A stretch of 64,000 bases of DNA from Balanoglossus misakiensis (taxonomy: Eukaryota; Animalia; Hemichordata), in assembly GCA_040954595.2 (NCBI GenBank), contig CM082594.2, forward strand, positions 3,271,319 to 3,335,318, given 5' to 3'. The number at the start of each line of letters is the position of its first letter. The first letter of the stretch is position 1. Position numbers and translations under genes: made by a program. The notes below the pieces were generated by a model. The model saw nothing but the letters and a program-made list of their open reading frames with translations. It was not told the DNA's origin and did no database searches. Positions 1 through 11,800 of this stretch are shown in pieces.

Positions 1-66
1 GCTGTGATAGAGGGACCGTGCCTGAAATGATTAACATAAGCGCCTGTCTTTATACATGTTCAGTTA

Positions 67-209
67 AGCAATAAAACACCCCCAGCCATGGTATACCACT
101 CGATTTTGACCAGTTCACGACATATACGCACGAGCGATAGCGAGTGCGTATATGGAGTTGAACTGGTCCAAATCGAGTGGTATACCATGGCTGGGGGTGT
201 CTTATTGCT
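67..209. repeat. Palindromic hairpin element (MITE-like)
   Basis: AGCAATAAAACACCCCCAGCCATGGTATACCACTCGATTT... is mirrored by ...AAATCGAGTGGTATACCATGGCTGGGGGTGTCTTATTGCT, with an inner CATATACGCAC/GTGCGTATATG stem. Confidence 0.75.
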
Positions 210-608
210 ATTATATTATGCCAGTATATTGAAACTTTGCATAAAACATTTTAAAAAGGCATTTTCTTTGACCATGATATATGACTGTGGTATATGGCTA
301 ATATATCACGGTCACGTGCCGTGTCTCGACCAATCAAATAGCGTGATTTACACCATCAATATACTGGTATAATATAATTTCGTATAAGTCATTCCTTGTC
401 TGTTTTCTTGCAGATCATGACTGGTTTATACGTACTCGCGACTCACTACAAGCCGAAACGAAAGTATTCCATTTGACCTAAACATCTCTAATGACTTATG
501 AAATCAGTACAAAGATATATAAAGATATGATTATGTAGTTGATGTAAAACACATCACTTTTACCATTTCTCCGTTTAATGATACCCATAAGTGAGCGTAC
601 TTGCTTAA

Positions 609-957
609 AGGGACAATGTCTCTCTCTCCCTGCCCTTTACCCATTAATTACGTCTGATACAAGGCACTGTTAATATGTTATTCTACATGTGGATATATAG
701 TGAATCAACGTTCTACCACACACAACTTCCATCCCGTTTGTAGGATATGAGAGTAAAAATCTCGCCAAAATGGATAAATGGTAAACACCGATTATTCATT
801 TTGGCGAGTTTTTCACTCTCATGTCTACAAGTTGGATGGAAGTTGTGTGTGATTGAACGTTGATTCACTATATATCCACATGTAGAATAACATAAACGGT
901 GTCTTGTATCAAATATAATTAATGGAAAAAGGGCAACGAGAGAGAGACTTTGTCCCT
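609..957. mobile_element. Foldback MITE with TTAA target site and AGGG...CCCT termini (Kolobok-like non-autonomous element)
   Basis: TTAA|AGGGACA...TGTCCCT|TTAA (TTAA at 605-608 and 958-961). The two halves are imperfect reverse complements around ~772-795. Partial copies lie at ~53030-53222, ~53850-54030 and ~59155-59360. Confidence 0.75.
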
Positions 958-1051
958 TTAACTGGCATTCAAGTCGTTTTATCCGTCTCCTTGGTACTTT
1001 GGTATAAGGTTTAGGCTATTACAGTTACACTAATTAATAATTATAATAATA

Positions 1052-1052
<1 letters not shown>

Positions 1053-1092
<40 letters not shown>
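1053..1092. repeat. (GAT)n microsatellite
   Basis: Direct reading. Confidence 0.95.
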
Positions 1093-1093
<1 letters not shown>

Positions 1094-1338
1094 AATATTA
1101 CATTGTCAAATTGGAAATGATATGTATCTTATATCACAATGTTTTCTCTTAAATAAACATAACTGACTTATGAAATATGGATTAAATCTGGGGATTACTG
1201 GCATTCTTATGATTTGTTTGGTGACTTGTTTTCCCATTTGTCCTTGGAACAGAAATTTAGATGATCTGGTCAGAAAAGTGTAATTTTGAGAACTGAGGCA
1301 TTTCAATTATGCAAATGAACGTTTGAACGTTTTTGCAG

Positions 1339-1932
1339 CTATGTACAAAACAGGTCAAACGTTCAAAATTCGCGTAACGGATGTGGAGTCTCCGGGCGAA
1401 CACGAGCAAACATTCTACTTGAATGGTTCGCACTGTTTACCGTCCGTAAATGGCAATGTGTGCCTTGTCAGGCTCAGTGCGGCTGCCCAGTTCAACAACA
1501 ACGTCAGTCCTGTGTCTACCTCCCGACAGAGTCCTCGACCAAGTCCGGGCATCGGAAGACACTTTTGGCTTTACCATGGGATGGGCGCGTGCGCACCAAA
1601 ACAGTTGGCATCAAAGCAAGCTTCAGCGCATCCCTCTGCTCATCAAGGATTGGGAGACGTGCAGACGACATGCGCAAGACAACTGGGAATACAGGAGAGA
1701 GTATTTTTGCGCAGGTCATGTGGATGGCGAAAATGGAGGCAACCGTTGCTATGGTCACGATGGAGGACCGTTTCTAAAATTACACAAAGGACGCTGGTAT
1801 TTGTATAGAGTGGTTGCCAATGAATGGGACAAGTGGGGTCAGGAAGGTTGCCCGAGACGAGGAACGTATGGCTGGTTCTGGAGATCCGTGAAATCTATTG
1901 ATGATATCAAGTCAGTTATCTGCGACTACTAA
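1339..1932 (+). pseudogene. Terminal exon of a trypsin-family serine protease homologue (non-catalytic), with a frameshift at ~1512-1515
   Basis: After acceptor ttttgcag, one frame gives NVCLVRLSAAAQFNNNVSPV (the DIALLKL...F...V.P motif). A second frame continues CLP...GW...LQ...C...FCAG...CYGHDGGP...WYL...GC...YG.F to TAA at 1930-1932. Joining them needs +2 nt. Upstream exons were not identified. Confidence 0.7.
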
Positions 1933-4066
1933 ATGTTTAATTTAATGATCACTGCTGAAGGGACCTATTTGCATTTGAATTTAACCGACTCCAAATCCGC
2001 TCTTCTTTAAAAGTTGCAAAGTCAAATGAACAAAATAGATTTTGGGTTTTCCTGTTTGGGGGATCCTTGCTGATTTCGGATGAAATTATTCGAAATTGGA
2101 AATACGTTTTCCACATCTTCAATGAAAGAAACAGTGACACTTGATGTTACAGAATGTTTGGCAAAATATTCATGTCAGGATAATGGACAAACAATGCCGT
2201 GGATATGGAACAGATGGTACCCGGGGAAATTCCCAACTATTTACAATACATGATGGTTAATCTGACGCCGCGTGGTTGTCTATGAACCGGCACTGTCCGT
2301 CTGTCACACACGCGATCACTTACACACTACGCTCATTACCCATGTTACGCCAACTATTTCTCGTGGATTTTTCTTTCACTGAAAAACATATATCGTAGAG
2401 TTTGGGAGCTTTCAGGGACTGTTTCACTTTTGTCTTCGATACGGTAAAAATTGCAGGGATAATTATTATTGCGATGACTTTATTGCCCCCGTTTTCGATC
2501 ATCTTTGAATCAAATAATGCGTCAAGTATGAATGACATCACGGTCACCGAGTGTCCGTGATTAAATCACTTGAGCCTGGCGATGCATCAGGTGTAAGCGA
2601 CCAACTTGACGTTCTAATTGTGCCAGGTACACCATGGTTAAGCAGTGTGTCCGTATGGTTTGTCTTGTGACATAAACATTGTGAATTTTGGGTTCAAAGT
2701 ACCACACAGCAGTATTTTGCAGGCTCGCTATTTCCGGTGGCAAATACCCCGGTAACGACGACTTCACCGCTTCACACAAATTGGGCTTAGGTAATATTGA
2801 ACTCAGTCTAACAGTCGGCGTCACGCACGTAACATCATCGTAGGCACTATTCTGCGACCGTGACTATAGCCTCCCTCGTGCCAACTGAACCATACCTCTG
2901 CTGATTTCCCGCCCGGTAGATTACTCGCCATTTTCTACCTTCGTTTATTAGTATTTTAACTCATTTTGCATATAGCAGAAAAGTTTAGTCATCCATGTGA
3001 CCATTTCTGGCGTAAGCTCTCACTTTACAAAACACGGAAAGTTCCGTTTTACAGCGATTTTAACAGAAAAGAAAGCTCGTTGAAAATGCTCACCATTAAT
3101 TCCATAGTTCCATAGTACATCATTAGTGCACACAACACAACCACATCTATAAACAAAAAGCTGCGATTCGAATGCAAATTATCCCCAAATCTGTTCAATA
3201 TTGCGTATATCTTTAGTACACGTACATCTTATACTACATATTTTCTGTCGCGATGGTCAAAAAGTCGCTGTTCCGGGTTTCTGACGCCTTGGTATGTCAC
3301 ATAAATAAATGTGACATAGATTTTTGGCCAGTGCGTGTGTAATAATACGCGCCGGAAAACAGCGTTAAATCACAGGCTAACTTGCTTACTGAAATTGACA
3401 CCTGTGCTTCCGTGCTTTGAAGATTGAAACCAAATAGCTTTGCCGGGCGGTGAATATTTCTCGGTTGACTTCGAGGCGACGCCAATACTACTTACACATG
3501 TCAAATTAGAGACCAGTGTTAGGGTTTTATGTTACTCTGACAAAAGTAACAATTCTGGCTGCCTTAAATAGGTTTTCACTTTGCGCTAGGGGCAAATCAC
3601 ATTGCATTCTGGGCGAAAAGGTTTGTTATTTTTTCTGTTAAAAAGTATCAGAATGACCCGTCATCACTTTATCAAAAATCGACCATCTTGAAATTGTGTC
3701 GACCATATGAGATCTTCATCACTCACTAAGGTAGCTTAAAACCTGTTTAACGTAGGGAGAATTATGACTACAGGTATATACTTCTGAGATTAAGTATTTT
3801 ACTAGTTGTTATTCATTACCCTTTTCTTTGTAAAAAATAACCAAGGCTGTCAGGACTGAGCCATTGTCATGTCTTTTATCAAAACATTCTGGTTAAGCAA
3901 CAGGTGGTTAATTTCTCGGTATGCGCCCATTTCTCTCATCGGGTATTGTTGGATGTTGGCCCATATACATGTACGCCGGACTCGCGCCACCCGCGGACAG
4001 TGACGTGCCGCGTCAGTCCCCATGGAAACACCGGGCTTGTAAGCGTACACGATGGTCACGGGAAGT

Positions 4067-7000
4067 ATGCGGGTCGCTCTCTTGTACGCACTGGGCACTC
4101 TGACACTGATCGCCGCAGAAAAGACGCCAACCTTTGCCAAATCCAACAAGTCCTGGTTCAATTTACACGTGAAAACGGCTGAAAATCGCGGGGGAACCAA
4201 ACATGGCCGCGTAAAACGCTCTACCGACTTCACATCGTCTGAAATTACCAGTATGTTGGCGAGACACAATTATCACCGGTCCAACGTGAATCCCGAGGCC
4301 GCTGACATGAAATACATGGTAAGGACTTCAAGATTCTATTTCTGGAGAAAACAGATAGGCGCATCGATGTCCGTGAGATAAATCTCAAGACATTTGTGTG
4401 TCAAGAATTCATTCGAAAACCGAGGTCGACGAGAGACCTAACACAGAAAATAATACAATGACAAAGAATCGTGCTTTGTATTCTCAAGAGGCGACATTCC
4501 GAAAGAAAGTCTCAAATACTGCTACAACTATTATCTGCTTTTGAATAGATGACTTCAGTGGGGTCAGGGGTTAACGATAAACAGCGCAAGTATCCACTGG
4601 TAACAAGCCAATTAAATCTAGATTTTCTGTAAGGTCACAGCAGGTAAAAGCTCGGGAGTATAACACGTTCAGTTTGAAACATTTGACATTTTAACCGAGC
4701 AACTGGTGTTCCGGTATCAGCTGTTTCATAATTTAATTAGACACACTTCGGCTTATGTAAAACAATTGCTGTTTTGTCTAGATTACTCCTAACGCTTCCG
4801 TTAGTGTAGCTATCTTGATCTGTTCTCTATATTTAGCTTCCGACAAAAACAGAGGACTTTAATCAACACGAGCCAGTTTCACATCCCGATCATAACATGA
4901 GTCACAGTCAGATCTAGAGGAACTGTTCGTGAATCATTCGTAAGTGTACGCACATACGTTACACGTGAGTTTACTTATTCATTATATCCATGGCAACGTG
5001 GCCGCCCATCTCTGTGGCCCACAGCTTTATATGGGTGTGATGATGTACTTATAATAGTATACAGTTAGGATGAGCGACTGGTCATGTTTTATGTAAGCTA
5101 ACTGTACATAATCGACTGGGTCACTTATGGGGGTCACACATGCACCATTAAGACGGTTCCGAAGAGTCTCAGATTAGAAACGTTAAGCTGTGGACTCATT
5201 CAGAAAAGTGCTAATTTTGGGTGATTATGCACCATTTCCGCCAAGACGTATTAGTCAGGATGTGGATCAGTATTAGACCTACCGATTTATGTAAAAAGGT
5301 AAAATTTGGCAAAAATCACAACTTTTCATGCAATGCCACCTTAAATAATCGTATGTGGACGGTGTAAGTGGTCCTGAAACGGCTCAGATTTGAGACGACT
5401 TGCTGGCCAGACCTGAGCTGGTGTAAGGATTAACACCTCTCCGCAACCCATTGTCTATTGGGTCGATCCTTGGTCATTGAACATGTGTGTGATAAGCTTC
5501 CTAAAATATCGTCGCAATGGGCATTGTTCGTAGTATGCCGTACCACCAGCTAACTGCCAGTTTGTGCACAAGCATTTATTGATCAGTGTAACATTATTCC
5601 GAATATCGTCGAAGAGAAATGTATTTCCTTGTAACAAAGCGTTCAAAATCGCTTAGAATACAACCCGTCGTTCGATTGCTATGGTTTGAACACAATGTTT
5701 TTGCCTGTTTGTTTACTAGTATTTGTTTGTAGAAATAGTTTGTCGTCGAACGCGTGACGAAGTGTTTATGTGTTTGTTTGAGAAAATATAGAAAAAAAAG
5801 CAAAAACGGTATATTGGTATTCGTAAAGAAGCAAACAAACAAACAAACAAACAAGCAAGCACCAAAATGAAATCATGTAAAAACGCTGTGGTGCCGGCGA
5901 TATGATATATTCCGCAGCGTTCATTTTCAAAGTTCTTTTTCGTTTCTAGTCATGGGACGACGATCTGGCAACGATGGCCCAACAGTGGTCCGAGGAATGC
6001 CGCTGGGGGCACGGGCAGCCGGACAACATTTCACCGTTCGCCGCTCTGGGTCAAAATCTCTGGATGGGCGGACCGTACGATCCGTCGACATCCATCGACG
6101 TAGAGGGCGTTGTGGACAGTTGGCACGGCGAAGTTAGCGATTACGATTACGACTCGGACAGCTGTTCAGCTGTGTGCGGACACTACACGCAAGTGAGCAT
6201 CAAGTTTCTCTTGTCACTCCCTTTTCCATGCTCTCATCATTCTGACAGGCTTCTTTTCCATCAGGATTTTCTGACCGGAATTATTTTAGGAGGTTTAGAT
6301 TGTAAAGACAAAATAAAACCTATACAACGAGGAAAGCAGACTATTTCAACAAGTTGCTAGCTAACTATCGGTTGAACTTTTTGCTTGAATATTACTTATG
6401 CACGGACATGATGTGACAGGATAAGCTATGAACTACTAATCATTTCAATTTTGTCCCACCTTCACTTTTCCGTCACGTGATAGGTAGTGTGGTCGGCGTC
6501 GTACGCTGTGGGTTGTGGCATCGCTCATTGTCCTAGTGTGATGTCATCGGCGTTTACGGATGCATTCATCGTCACCTGTAACTACGGACCAGCGTAAGTT
6601 AGAATTCACTGACTCAAGTCGCAACGCTGTGAAGCAAACACTAGTATATCAGTTATGAGTCGGCGATGAAGATAAGGATTTAGAATCAGAAGCGGGTCAA
6701 TAATGTATGAGTAGTGTTGATGCGGGAAGACATTCAGCATAAGGGGTGTGCACCTTTACTAGCTACACACCCCGCGTATATGCCATGGCAATTCAATGTG
6801 GCGTCGACGACTATAGTTTTGTCAATTGCTCGTCGACCTGTTTGCGTGTAGTGTTGTACATGTTGAGTTGAACTCCCGGCTAACACGTGTCAAACAATGA
6901 TGCTGGTCACGCATGCAACACAGTAGCGGTGTTGATAAACCTGATACTCGGCTCTTGAACACGTGCTAAAGAGTTCAAATAAGCAAAGTTTTATTTCAGA

Positions 7001-7562
7001 ACTCAAACTCTCATACAGCTGTTATCGCGCATTTTTTTTAATTGTAGTGGAAATTACATTGGGTTAAAACCGTACCTGAGTGGCGACTCTTGTTCGGTAT
7101 GTGACGAAGATTTCTCTGGTTGCCGCGAGAATCAGTGTTGTAAGTAAAAAAAATGTACGATTGAAAGTCTTTTTAAAAATTCGTGTTTTTTATATCACGA
7201 GGTTTCAGAATTTTGGTTACCTCGTTTTCTTTTCCCTGATTTCCAATCGTGAATTGAACCACCAATGTATATCGGCCGACATGAAAACACAAATTGTGTG
7301 TAATCGACTACACAAAAATGCAACGTCACAAACAAAACAAATCGCTTCCCTGACAATGCGAAGTTTGATATCACATCTGTTTTCTGGAAGGAAGGCAAAA
7401 CAGAGAAGCAACGACCGAATCCACATGTAACTCAGGAAATGGCGAATTAAACTTGTTTCACTTCCTGTCGCAGATTCCGGCACCGCGTCCATTAGAAGGA
7501 CATGTGACGTTGTACTGGCGTTCCTCTTGGCTGTAGTGGCAATCCGGCTTCAAATTGGATAA
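4067..7562 (+). CDS. CAP/SCP-domain protein A (GLIPR1/CRISP/PI16-like): signal peptide, RVKR propeptide site, hydrophobic GPI-signal-like C-terminus
   Basis: Exons 4067-4318, 5950-6192, 6484-6593, 7048-7139, 7474-7562, all GT-AG and phase-consistent. Motifs HNYHRS, MKYMSWDDDLA, LGQNL, CGHYTQVVW, VGCG, CNYGPAGNY. Ends YSGTASIRRTCDVVLAFLLAVVAIRLQIG*. Confidence 0.88.
5350..5450. repeat. Diverged dispersed repeat, with an inverted copy at ~40340-40450
   Basis: GTAAGTGGTCCTGAAACGGCTCAGATTTGAGAC...CACCTCTCCGCA matches the reverse complement of TGCGGAGAGGTG...GTCTCAAATCTGAAACGTTTCAGGACCACTTA. Confidence 0.65.
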
Positions 7563-8841
7563 ACCAGGCAAGTACAATACATGTATCAATATACTACTAG
7601 TAATCAACTGCCCATCACGCAAGAACTAAGATTCGTCGATAGCGGGCGCTCTACCGGTTGTCGTGACACACACTGACGACGAGTTGCGTTTCAAACACTT
7701 CAACTAGCGGCCTTAGTGATAAATCATTTTATGTTTTCTTGCAGTGAACAGGGTAGACTTTCCTACGACAAGTGGTAAGAGGAAACAATATAAGTACTAT
7801 AAAGACATTAAAAACGGAAGAAAACTTACCTCTGCACTTTGTGCCTTAAATATACACACTGTCGGTCACTCCACACACACCGTGATGTACACTTCTACGC
7901 TATTCTCACATGCGATGGCAGTATCTGCAACAGAGCAGGTAACTTGCTGAAAATGAAAACAATTCTCCTGATCAAGCTTAGTTCATTTGCTAGGATTTAC
8001 AGAGAATGAAGATGATGACATAGGCACGGTCACTCCACACATGTACAGTGACCGTGGATATTCGACGCAGCGGAGTATAACTTATTATAATCCCATAAGT
8101 GACTATATTCATTGAGGCGTGTTTTCGCGTTAAGATGCAAGATGTATTGTATTTGTGAGGTATCTTACAGTTTTGATATTTTCTCATCTCTGATTTTAAA
8201 AAGGACAAGAGTGTATTTTATTATTTGTTTTGCGATGTCGTGTTTGTTTCTTCTCCTTTCTCACTATCGACCGCGATTGATGGCAGAGCGAAAATAAAAA
8301 CCCAATACCCAACAGAAGAAAAGCGTGAGATGTCTGAGGCCATTTTGAGCTACAGCACTTCGTATCATGTTTGGTTCAATTCTGTCAGTTTATATCATTT
8401 CTTTTGCGGTTTTCATTCTTATTGGAAAAAATGTTTGAGGGGGTGAACGTAATAAAGGGAATGTTGGTTCCAATCCATCAGCGAGAGGGTCTTGCCTGCT
8501 TGTAATCTTACTCGTGTTGAAATCAAGTGGGAATCGGAAAACATAACTAAGGTTGGAAAAATTCCAATTTTGTTGTGAATACTAGTAGTTGTTGTGAATA
8601 GTTGTTGCGTAATTGTTTGATCTGGCATACACCCCTCCCGAAGCAATGGCTGGTTCGGTTTCGGATGAATAATCACAAACTACACCAGCTTGGGTGATTA
8701 TGTTTTTGGAGAGAAGGGCAAATCACAACAGGCGGTTTTGTTGCGTGGTGGTAATCCGTATAGTCTGTGGTCGCACCTCGCTCTGTCAACATCACGAAGT
8801 CAAGTCAGTGATACAGCGAAATTAAGAAACCAACGGAGACG

Positions 8842-11800
8842 ATGAAAAAGTATCCGGGAATCACTCTTTGCGTTGTATTGGGGACTCTCTCGTTGGTTGG
8901 TTCAGAGAAACACCCGACGTTTGCTAAATCCAACAGGTCCTTCTTCAACTTGAAACCGGCCGACGCCGACGAGAAAACGTCCAATCGTCGAGTCAAACGC
9001 TCTACGGATTTCACCTCGGACGAAATCGCAAGGATTTTAGCGAGACACAATTACCATCGCAGCAACACCGACCCGGAGGCGTCTGACATGAAATATATGG
9101 TAAGACGGTTCGCTTTATATAGTAAAAACTAGTTGACATGCTTGTGGAAGAATAAGATCGATACGAGTTTTTTCTCACATTCTCTGTCTCCATCTCCGCC
9201 TTGTCTGTCTGTTGGACTGAAAACTCCTGGTGTTTTTATGAGAACAAAAGTGGAACTTTTTCATATCTTACAAGTTAGAGACGCCCGATTATGATTGCTT
9301 CAAGTTCTGCTCAAGTCATATGGAAAAAAATGGAAAGTTGTGGCCAGATTTGAACATATGGATTTTGTAAGAATGGTCAGCATCCAAGAAGAAACGCTGC
9401 ATGTACAAGGAGGTTTCATTAAAATTTAAGTGTTGGATGTCGCGTAAACGGCGCCAAAATTGAGCAACAAAGGTAGAAAGTCAACGTGATTAAAATCAGA
9501 TGTAAGGTATACGTTTATTACTTGCGCTGCGCGGTAGGCGACAGCGTAAGAGAATACTGCGCAGCGCAAGTAAAAGACGTCGTTGTACCCTACAGCAGAT
9601 CGGTAGAAAAACAGCATTCCGCCGATGCAATGGAAACGGGGTTTAGAGTCACGTATGCTTAACATGTTTAATTGGTCGACAATGAATGTTTGTTTATAGA
9701 CGCCAAAAATCTTCGCTTCAGGGCCCAGGACCCCTTCTCCTGACCCTTGAACGTTTAGAGATGTCGGTATTACAGCAAGCAGAGGGAATTACATACAAAT
9801 GCTTCTATTACTATTGTCAAACAAGTGAGCTTGTGGCTAGAAAAGACAATGGCGTCTTCAGCTAGGTATTTGTGGGTGACGTCCATGGAAGTTGCCTGGC
9901 AACAAGACGCGCTATGTACGTCCCAAGAGCCGTTTACTAAGAATGCGGCAACCAGTGTTAGAAGATACATCTTTTCAGGGAGAAACTCTATGAGAGAAAG
10001 AAGGGCTCCCTATAGGCTGTCAATTGTTTTCCTGGATATATCTGATAAGATCATCGGCTTGAAGAAGGGGAGACAAAACTTTGACACTATGTGTTCAGTC
10101 TTATAAAACCAACACATGAAATCTTCATAAGACCCTAGTCCCCAACAGATGACTTTATATGCATCGTTGCGAATGGGCCCAACGAAATAAAAGACAGGCA
10201 TTTCACTTGTTGCGGAGGACGCTTCACTTGAACCGTGCAGTGATGACATCACTCCTCCCAATTGCCGAACTTGTCTCACAGTATTAAAGGTCTGGTCAAT
10301 TCTTAGCAATAATGGTGTTACTGTTAGCTAGAGGGGAAATTCGTCTCTCGAATACGTCACCACGAAGAATCTTTCTGCAATTCCAGCCGATGCTTGTTTA
10401 ACTTCTAGGACAATATAGCATAATCCCCTTCGCACAACCAGTTGGCTGAGATTTCACAGTATACATGTAGGCCTGTAAGGTCTGGGGGTTGTGAGTTGTC
10501 AAATCTGCCCTTTGTTAGTTAATACAACCAACAGAGAGCCCCGGGAAAGAGGATAAACCAGTCTATGATGAAAACCAAACTATTCACCCAACCGGACTAC
10601 ACGGAGGTACTAGTAATTTGCACATGAATGGTTTACCAATGGACAGTAATGATGTGAATTGATGGACGTGCTTTTGTTTTTAGTCTATAATGTCTTCTTG
10701 AAAGGGGAGGGGTGGTAATAGCACAATTGAAGGCTGTGGCAATCTTATTCTTAGCTGCTATTTACGTAATACTATAAAGAGAATACCGTACAGACCTCAC
10801 CTGCAGTCAATGAAATTAAAATGTCATTCACCAGCCATTGCGTCGGATATACTTGTTCAACACGAAAGGCTCATAGCCTTTCAGTCAGATAGTTGTTTTG
10901 AAAAAAATGTACGCATGGTGTGTACTTAACTGTATTCATATACATTAATGAATTATGTAGATATCCACAATGGGTAACAGAAATTATAGTCACATGGCGA
11001 TGAACGGAAGATGGGTCAATAGCTGCAAAAATGGATTTTCGAGAAAACGTGGATACATGTAAATTCTGGCTCTTGAATGATTATTTGTCGACACCCTGTT
11101 AGATTTTAGCATTTTACATTTTATAATTCTTTCTTTACTCTTCGGGACGCCCGATCATTTTTCAATTCTCGAATGGGACCAAGACATATCCAAACTCTGT
11201 AGTTTTAACGCGTATATTGAGTTTACGGTTTATGTCTTTCAACGGGTCGACGATGGCAATCAATTCAAGGGTGCCAGGGGCGTTTGAAAAAAAAAACCTC
11301 ACTGAAATTTTGACATAACTTTTTAATTTCCGTTCCGCGCATCAACTGTAGTTCACAGGCAAGCTGTCATCAACATGCAGTAACGGATGAACCTATCCTT
11401 GCTTGAACTTCCTGCTTTTTTTCTCTAGTCGTGGGATGACAACCTTGCAGACATGGCCCAAGAATGGTCCGAAGAGTGTCGCTGGGAGCACGGGAACCCG
11501 GCCAACACGTCCCCGTTCTCCGCCGTCGGTCAAAATCTTTGGATGGGAGGGCCGTACAGTGCCTCGGCATCGATCGACGTTGAGGGCGTCGTGGATGCCT
11601 GGAACAACGAAGTTCAGTATTATAACTACGATGCCAACAGTTGTTCCAATGTTTGTGGACACTACACTCAAGTGAGTCTAATAAAAAACAACACGAAAAG
11701 AAAGCTATTCTATATTCCTGCCCACATTCTAATAAGCTTACATAATTATGCTTTCCAACTTCACAGCCATGATAAGTTTCCCGGCGCAGGGTGATAAAAA

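Noticed and set aside
414-463. Possible upstream exon of the protease homologue
   Set aside because: The acceptor is good but the donor is weak, the phase is unclear and there is no recognisable motif.
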